Origin: Minisyncoccota bacterium
Lineage (GTDB): Bacteria > Patescibacteriota > Minisyncoccia > UBA6257 > GWB1-50-10
DNA: 64,000 nt
Reading direction: 5' to 3'
Assembly: GCA_020059585.1 (NCBI GenBank)
Contig: JAGVBU010000008.1
Coordinates: 22,163 to 86,162 of the forward strand
The notes beneath the pieces are model-generated. The model searched no databases, was not told the origin of the DNA, and saw nothing but the letters and a program-made list of their open reading frames with translations. The position numbers and the translations under genes were made by a program. Of this stretch, positions 58,556 through 64,000 are shown piece after piece (the stretch's first letter is position 1; the number at the start of each line of letters is the position of its first letter).

Positions 58556-59245
58556 ATGAGGACACGGTTTCTTGTGATTTTTCTTGGAGTAATCGCGCTC
58601 TGCCTCGCGTCTTTTAACGTAACACAAAGTCAGACCGCGGCGCCGCAGGAAGAGGTGATATTATCGTGGCAGGCGCTTAATTTTTTCCCCGCGAATTTCG
58701 AGGGGAAGGCTCTTGCGTCTCCTTTTAGCCCTATACTTGCAAGCGTTGAGGTTATTGAAAACGGAAAATTTACCGACCTTTCTCAGTCATCAATATCATG
58801 GAAGATTGATAATAAATTTCTTCAAAGCGGTGTTGGACTCAAGGAAGTTTTATTCAGAATACAGAAAAATAAGGGTGATTTTCATATCATACAGGTTTCT
58901 ATAGAAAAAAACGGGAAGAAAAGTCAGGGAAGCGTTCTTATACCGATCGCCCCGCAGACAATTGTGGTGGAACTTCCATATTCCGGGAACACGATATTCT
59001 CCAATGTAGAGAACACCATAAAAGCGATTCCTTATTTCTTCAATATAAAAACCTTAAACGAGCTTTCTTTTTTCTGGCAGATAAACGAAAGGAAGGAGGG
59101 CGGAAAAGATAATAATGTGCTTATCCTGAAAACGAGCGCGCCTCAGACAAAAAGCCAAAGTCTCATTGAAATCACTTCATCGGCCCAAAACAACACAAAT
59201 CCCTTGGAGTTCGCGAAAACGAAGATTTGGTTGAATGTAAAATAG
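58556..59245 (+). CDS. Secreted beta-rich (Ig-like) hypothetical protein
   Basis: Signal peptide; W..P..F.GKAL, W.ID, A.PYFF and F.W.IN patterns. Confidence 0.7.
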   Translation: MRTRFLVIFLGVIALCLASFNVTQSQTAAPQEEVILSWQALNFFPANFEGKALASPFSPILASVEVIENGKFTDLSQSSISWKIDNKFLQSGVGLKEVLFRIQKNKGDFHIIQVSIEKNGKKSQGSVLIPIAPQTIVVELPYSGNTIFSNVENTIKAIPYFFNIKTLNELSFFWQINERKEGGKDNNVLILKTSAPQTKSQSLIEITSSAQNNTNPLEFAKTKIWLNVK

Positions 59246-59260
59246 ATATAAACACCACTT

Positions 59261-60490
59261 ATGAAAACGTGGCATAAAATACTCATCATAGTAATCCTTC
59301 TCGGTATCGGAATTTTCGCGCTATTTTATTTCTTTAATAAGATAGCCGTCCCCGTCCCCATAGAGGAATCGCAGGGTGTTCTTTTTCCTGGATTTGAAAA
59401 AAACGGAGGCACCCAAGGGTTGGGGGATGTAGGGAGTCCATCCACGGAAAAAACTGCCGTACTCTCGAAAATATCAGACGTGCCTGTATTTGATTTCTGG
59501 ATATCGAAAGACACGGGAGAGTTGTATTACATCACCAACAAAGGAAGGATTTTTTCTGGGAAGGACGGATCTGATATCGATATGAATACTCAGGAACTCA
59601 GCTCCCTGAATATGATTATCCCAAGCGAAACAGGAAAGAAAATCATCGCGTCTTTCGGGGATCCGCAGAAACCCCGCTGGGGAGTGTTTGATGTTGTTGA
59701 TGGGGTGTGGAAGCCTCTTTCTGATAAAATAACTTCCGCCATGTGGGGGAAGGATGAGGATACGCTTATAGGAACCATTCAAAATGAAGATGGACATTCG
59801 ATCGCGTCTTTTGATATTTCAAAAAATCCCATAAAAAGCTCCGTCATCCTTAAGGATTTTCGGATAAAAGATGTGTCATTTTCATGGAAGAATCCCGACT
59901 CAATAATGATTCTTGAACGCTCAAGCGCGACAATAAAAGGGCGTCTTTGGGAGTTTAATACAAAAAATCTTCTCGTAAAACAGGTAGATCCCGGAACAAG
60001 CGGGCTCTCATTTCTTTGGAGCGCATCCAGAGAGTACGCGCTTAGATTTTCAAATCCAAACAATCTCCTTGTGCTTAATGGAAATCTCGAACCGGTAAAT
60101 CCTCTGACTATTACCTCCATCCCTCAAAAATGCGGATTCAGTGAGGACGCGCTCTATTGTTTTATCCCGCAGGATACCGACTCTTTTTTGGAATTCTCGC
60201 TTCCTGATGATTATTTCCAGAATAAATTTTATTCCACGGATACATTGATCTCTATCAATCTCGAAACCGATAAGATGGAAACGCTTCTACAAAGCGGTGT
60301 GGGAAATTTTTCTCCGATTGACGGACGGCATCCGCGGGTACACGAAGGAGATGTATTTTTCGTGAATAAATATGACTGGTTCGTGTATCGCGTCCATATT
60401 TCAGAAGAGGGAGAGGGACTAGAAAAATCTAATGAAGTAAACCAAAACGAAGAAAACCAAATTTACAATGAACCTTCCCCGTTTAATTAA
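59261..60490 (+). CDS. Membrane-anchored hypothetical protein, probable beta-propeller
   Basis: N-terminal anchor; repeated beta strands with W/S-P turns; KC..YC..LPDDY motif. Confidence 0.7.
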   Translation: MKTWHKILIIVILLGIGIFALFYFFNKIAVPVPIEESQGVLFPGFEKNGGTQGLGDVGSPSTEKTAVLSKISDVPVFDFWISKDTGELYYITNKGRIFSGKDGSDIDMNTQELSSLNMIIPSETGKKIIASFGDPQKPRWGVFDVVDGVWKPLSDKITSAMWGKDEDTLIGTIQNEDGHSIASFDISKNPIKSSVILKDFRIKDVSFSWKNPDSIMILERSSATIKGRLWEFNTKNLLVKQVDPGTSGLSFLWSASREYALRFSNPNNLLVLNGNLEPVNPLTITSIPQKCGFSEDALYCFIPQDTDSFLEFSLPDDYFQNKFYSTDTLISINLETDKMETLLQSGVGNFSPIDGRHPRVHEGDVFFVNKYDWFVYRVHISEEGEGLEKSNEVNQNEENQIYNEPSPFN

Positions 60491-61919
60491 ATTTATTGTA
60501 CTTTTCGCGTGTGTGGCGGTGTTTTTTACGCCTGCGGTGTTTGCGCAAACCCCCATCACGATTGATACTACGTTTCTCACTCCCGATACAAACGCTTCGA
60601 GCGTCCCACAATTCATATCGAAATTTTATGAGCTCGGACTCGGTATTGCTGGTATTATCGCGGTCGGGATGATTGTTGTGGGCGCAATATTTTACACAAT
60701 ATCAGGCGCAAGCCCTCAGAAAAAAGGGGAGGCAAAAGATATTATTTTTTCGGCCATATGGGGGGTAGTGCTTCTTTTCGGCTCGTATGTAATATTGAAA
60801 TCAATAAACCCTCAACTTATAGAGCTCCGCGATCCAGGAAGCGGTCTTGGGGGAGAATTGCCGAGTCCTATGGATACAGGAAACTGTTCTTCAACAACTC
60901 CTATTGTTGATATAAATGGAAATCCAAATCCAAACGGGGCGACCTTAAATCCGTGCGCTGAAGGAGAACCACCAATAAATCCGGAGACAGGATACTGCCA
61001 ATGTTACAAAAGAGAAATAGCACCCATAGCGTGTCCCATCGAACTTGAGCCTGTCTCATATAGAAACAACGATGGAAGTCTCCCGACATATCGATGGACG
61101 ATGTCAGGAGAAAAAGTAAATTCAACAAATACGCACCCCCCAGGAAGAACAAGTGCTGGTGACAATATATGCGCGAGGAAGGTTCTTATTCCTGAGCACA
61201 CCGACTTCTACACTGTTGATTGCGATCCGTGTGAAGAGGGATGGCCGAGTAGTGGGTTCTTTGGTTATGCGGACGATGAACACAACTTCGAAAAGAACAC
61301 CACAGGATGGGTGTGGCCGTACTATCCTAAACTAGCGGGAGGTTCCGCTGAAACAGCACCACAGTACGCGCTTTGCGTGATGTATGCCTACTATGATCCT
61401 GAAGACGAGGAGATTGTCCGCGCGGATCTCGATGGATTGAAACCTTGTGTTGAATTTTCCTCATCCACACCAAGAGCAACAGGGAATTACGAGCAAGCTG
61501 GGTGGGAATCAAGAAATAACGAGATTCTCCAAAGATTACAAAACGCCGGTATATCTGTCACAAGTAGTGGAAATTGCGGAGATCCGAACAATCCTAGTTG
61601 CACCAATGTTGGGGGGCTCCCTGATTATGCCGTCGATCAGATTATCTATATAAAACAGAATTGCAACTGTGAGGTGAGGGTTACAGGGGGAGCTGAGACA
61701 GGACACCAATCACACGGATTAAACCGTCCTGTGTTTGATCTTGCATCAAATCAGACGCTTGCCCAATATCTCTTCAATAATCGAACAGGAAATGGGCTTG
61801 GTTTCGTCCAACAAATATGCACTACAAACGCATACAGCCAGTATCGATTTAATTGTGGAAGTTACACCGAAGCACAAGAACACCTCCATGTGAAAACTGG
61901 AATAAATTGGAGTCCTTAG
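60468..61919 (+). CDS. Pilin-domain protein fused to a Cys-rich linker and a putative zinc peptidase (M15/Hedgehog-like) domain
   Basis: IVVGAIFY..SGAS...GEAKD.I..AIWG...INPQL pilin hairpin; C-terminal SSGNC..CT..GL, VTGGAETGH..H...FD and HLHV. Confidence 0.7.
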   Translation: MNLPRLIKFIVLFACVAVFFTPAVFAQTPITIDTTFLTPDTNASSVPQFISKFYELGLGIAGIIAVGMIVVGAIFYTISGASPQKKGEAKDIIFSAIWGVVLLFGSYVILKSINPQLIELRDPGSGLGGELPSPMDTGNCSSTTPIVDINGNPNPNGATLNPCAEGEPPINPETGYCQCYKREIAPIACPIELEPVSYRNNDGSLPTYRWTMSGEKVNSTNTHPPGRTSAGDNICARKVLIPEHTDFYTVDCDPCEEGWPSSGFFGYADDEHNFEKNTTGWVWPYYPKLAGGSAETAPQYALCVMYAYYDPEDEEIVRADLDGLKPCVEFSSSTPRATGNYEQAGWESRNNEILQRLQNAGISVTSSGNCGDPNNPSCTNVGGLPDYAVDQIIYIKQNCNCEVRVTGGAETGHQSHGLNRPVFDLASNQTLAQYLFNNRTGNGLGFVQQICTTNAYSQYRFNCGSYTEAQEHLHVKTGINWSP

Positions 61920-61923
61920 TTAC

Positions 61924-61949
61924 AAAAAACCGCCCTTCGGCGGTTTTTT
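61924..61949. terminator. Bidirectional intrinsic terminator
   Basis: aaaaaa-ccgcc-cttc-ggcgg-tttttt between convergent genes. Confidence 0.9.
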
Positions 61950-62376
61950 ATTCGATCCTCCGTATCACCACTCTCCTTTCCTTTCCCTCTCCCGTGCTTT
62001 CCGTACGAAGCTCAGGATGGGTTGCTATTTCCATATGGACAAGTCTTCGCTCATATCCATTCATAGAAGGAAGTTCTACGTCCTGCTTTGTAATTATTGC
62101 TTTTTTCGCGGCCGCGCGCGCGAGTTCTGATATTAGGCGCTCCCGCTCTTTCCGATAATAATTCACGTCAATCACAAACGGATTCTGTTTTTCCTTTCTG
62201 AAGATAAGCCCAAGAAGGTGATCGAGCGCAGGAAGAAATGTGGTCACATTTTCAGAGACAACCCTATCTTCGATCATAAAGGATATTTTTCTATGTTCCT
62301 CATCGATGTGTGTTTCCACACCTTGGAACCCTCCAAGTTCCACTATTTTTTTAACTTTTTCGAATAATTCTTGCAT
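61948..62376 (-). CDS. Jag/KhpB-like R3H domain RNA-binding protein
   Basis: DVNYYRKERE, LPSMNGYERRLVH, TESTGEGKERRVVI; downstream of yidC. Confidence 0.9.
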   Translation of the reverse strand: MQELFEKVKKIVELGGFQGVETHIDEEHRKISFMIEDRVVSENVTTFLPALDHLLGLIFRKEKQNPFVIDVNYYRKERERLISELARAAAKKAIITKQDVELPSMNGYERRLVHMEIATHPELRTESTGEGKERRVVIRRIE

Positions 62377-62386
62377 AGTGACAATG

Positions 62387-63070
62387 TTATTTTTTCTCCG
62401 TTGCCGACTTCTCGTTTATCTTCTTATTGATGTATACCTGCTGGCCTATAGAGAACAGCGTAGAGACTATCCAATATACACCAAGCGCGGATGGAAGGGA
62501 AAAGAGTATTACAAGCGTGATTGCGGGCCCTATTATCACCATCATCTTTCCTATGGACGCCGCGGGATTGTTATTCCCCGATCCCGCAGTCGCAAGCGCC
62601 ATTTTCCCCTGTATATATTGGAGTCCCGCGGCAATAACCGCGAGGACAACACTCTTCTCACTAAGATTAATTAAGCCGAAAAGAGCGACGCTGTCAAACG
62701 CGACGTTCGAGAGTTCGCGAGAAAATATCTGGAAAAGCGCGAGAAAAATAGGAAGTTGCACAAGAAGGAGAAGGAATCCCGAAAATGGATTCAGGTTGTT
62801 TTCTTTATAAAGCGCCATTAAAGCCTGCGCCTGCGCCTCCTTGTTTCCCTTGAATTTCTCCTGTATCTCTTTCATCTTCGGTTGTATCTTCTGCATTAGC
62901 GTCTGATCTTTCGCGCTTTTATAGAAAATAGGGAAAAGGATTATCCTTGTGGCAATCGTAAGTATCGCGATGGCGATTCCCAAATCGTGGAATGCCATGT
63001 TTTCATATATAAAAACAAGCGCCCCAAGTATCGGTGCGTATATATACACGTGAAATATATTAGATATCAT
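62387..63070 (-). CDS. yidC: Membrane protein insertase YidC (short Oxa1-type)
   Basis: GIAIAILTIATRIILFP, QPKMKEIQEK, LYKENNLNP, QLPIF, PSALGVYW. Confidence 0.95.
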   Translation of the reverse strand: MISNIFHVYIYAPILGALVFIYENMAFHDLGIAIAILTIATRIILFPIFYKSAKDQTLMQKIQPKMKEIQEKFKGNKEAQAQALMALYKENNLNPFSGFLLLLVQLPIFLALFQIFSRELSNVAFDSVALFGLINLSEKSVVLAVIAAGLQYIQGKMALATAGSGNNNPAASIGKMMVIIGPAITLVILFSLPSALGVYWIVSTLFSIGQQVYINKKINEKSATEKK

Positions 63071-63074
63071 GGTA

Positions 63075-63449
63075 TCAGAGTCTAGGAAAGTCTTTCTTCA
63101 ACTCCTCGAATGATACCATGCGAGCTGCGGGTTTTACAACAACACAGTACGATCCTTGTATTTTTCCGATTGATCGAAAAATCGCGCGCACCCTTCTTTT
63201 CAGGAGATTGCGCGTTACCGCTTCTTTTGCGACATTTTTTGATACAGAAACAAAAAACGGCTTCTTTCCGCCGCGTACCCTATGTATAGCAAAAAACCTC
63301 GTGGTGATTACACCGAAAGCTTCTTTCTTCCCTTTGCTCGGCGGCGTTGCAGCACATTCTTTCCCCCTGGAGTTCTCTTTCGCACGAGAAATCCGTGTGT
63401 TTTCTTTCTTTTTCTCTTGTTTGGTTGGTATGTTCTTGACATAATCCAT
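63075..63449 (-). CDS. rnpA: Ribonuclease P protein component, with a frame that spans rpmH
   Basis: [22 protein letters not shown] (RNR motif), between rpmH and yidC; the nearest canonical start before the core is ATG 63449, giving 124 aa; start uncertain. Confidence 0.85.
   Translation of the reverse strand: MDYVKNIPTKQEKKKENTRISRAKENSRGKECAATPPSKGKKEAFGVITTRFFAIHRVRGGKKPFFVSVSKNVAKEAVTRNLLKRRVRAIFRSIGKIQGSYCVVVKPAARMVSFEELKKDFPRL
63308..63442 (-). CDS. rpmH: 50S ribosomal protein L34
   Basis: Read by hand: [44 protein letters not shown] (44 aa). Confidence 0.97.
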   Translation of the reverse strand: MSRTYQPNKRKRKKTHGFLVRKRTPGGKNVLQRRRAKGRKKLSV

Positions 63450-63468
63450 TATCCACAATTCATCAACA
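63449..63468 (+). promoter_or_regulatory. DnaA box(es) in the rpmH-dnaA intergenic region (origin-proximal)
   Basis: Perfect TTATCCACA at 63449-63457 and degenerate TCATCAACA at 63460-63468. Confidence 0.7.
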
Positions 63469-63589
63469 ATTAAATCACATATCTCTTTCCAAATCAATAT
63501 TGAAACAGTGTAGAATAAGGGTATCATCAATACATGCTGTGAAGAAAAAGTTTTTCGACACGCATCACTTTGATCGTATTTCTAAACGT

Positions 63590-64000
63590 ATGCAACACCA
63601 CGAATTATGGCAAGCGGTTCTCGGAGAAATAGAACTCCAGATATCAAAACCCAATTTCCTCACGTGGATGAAACACAGCCAACTCATCGAGAAAAAAGAG
63701 GAGAGTGGAGTTGCTCTTGTGGGACTTCCGAATAACTTCGCAAAGGAGTGGGTAAAAAACAGATATCATAAAATTATACTTGGATCACTTCGTAATTTTG
63801 ATTCTTCAATCAAGAATGTGACGTATGCGGTTGTACATCAAAATACCGCTCCCATAAAGGAGGTTGTTTCCGCGTCTGATAAAAAACACGATGATTCTCC
63901 AAACACACCCCTTCCTCTCGAATTGAAAATAGATCCTAAATCAAACCTCAACCCTAAATACGATCTTTCTTCGTTTATCGTAGGATCATCAAACGAACTC
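63590..64000 (+). CDS. dnaA: Chromosomal replication initiator DnaA (5' part, runs off the window)
   Basis: Read by hand: MQHHELWQAVLGEIELQISKPNFLTW...PNNFAKEWV...LNPKYDLSSFIVGSSNEL; divergent from rpmH. Confidence 0.96.
   Translation, partial: MQHHELWQAVLGEIELQISKPNFLTWMKHSQLIEKKEESGVALVGLPNNFAKEWVKNRYHKIILGSLRNFDSSIKNVTYAVVHQNTAPIKEVVSASDKKHDDSPNTPLPLELKIDPKSNLNPKYDLSSFIVGSSNEL

Noticed and set aside
48159-61919. T4SS-like genes as a conjugative element (ICE)
   Set aside because: No relaxase, coupling protein, integrase or att repeats seen; embedded among core origin-proximal genes.
63450-63530. ORF-track start of rnpA at 63530 (151 aa)
   Set aside because: The extension runs through the DnaA boxes and the probable dnaA promoter region; ATG 63449 is more plausible.
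1-64000. Alternative genetic code (UGA = Gly, as in Gracilibacteria/Absconditabacteria)
   Set aside because: Conserved genes are full length under code 11 and several end at TGA at the expected position (comM, the Xer recombinase, rnpA).

Overview
This window is core chromosome from a small-genome bacterium, very probably Patescibacteria/CPR (Parcubacteria-like). That call rests on the compact genes, the VirB2-like pilin array, the PrgI/VirB4/VirB6 cluster, tRNA-Ile(UAU) and the shortened ValS. TGA is used as stop (code 11). The window ends in the origin-proximal block jag-yidC-rnpA-rpmH / dnaA (partial). Housekeeping genes include tsaD, valS, murD, hppA, nusA, ftsK, recA, folD, glyA, ftsH, an S1 protein, gyrA, a Xer recombinase, rpsO, pnp, comM and rsmA, plus three tRNAs. 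Most notable: (1) between folD and glyA, three divergent glutamate-cysteine-ligase-fold genes and a class I glutamine amidotransferase, with two short-uORF/antiterminator/terminator attenuators; (2) rnpA, whose only canonical start lies upstream of rpmH, so rpmH is nested inside it out of frame; (3) a duplicated 77-78 bp unit carrying a parS-shaped 16-bp palindrome; (4) a T4SS-like locus with no relaxase in the window, ending in a pilin-peptidase fusion; (5) heptamer-repeat insertions and frequent leaderless promoter architecture. All product calls come from motif recognition by eye; no searches were run.
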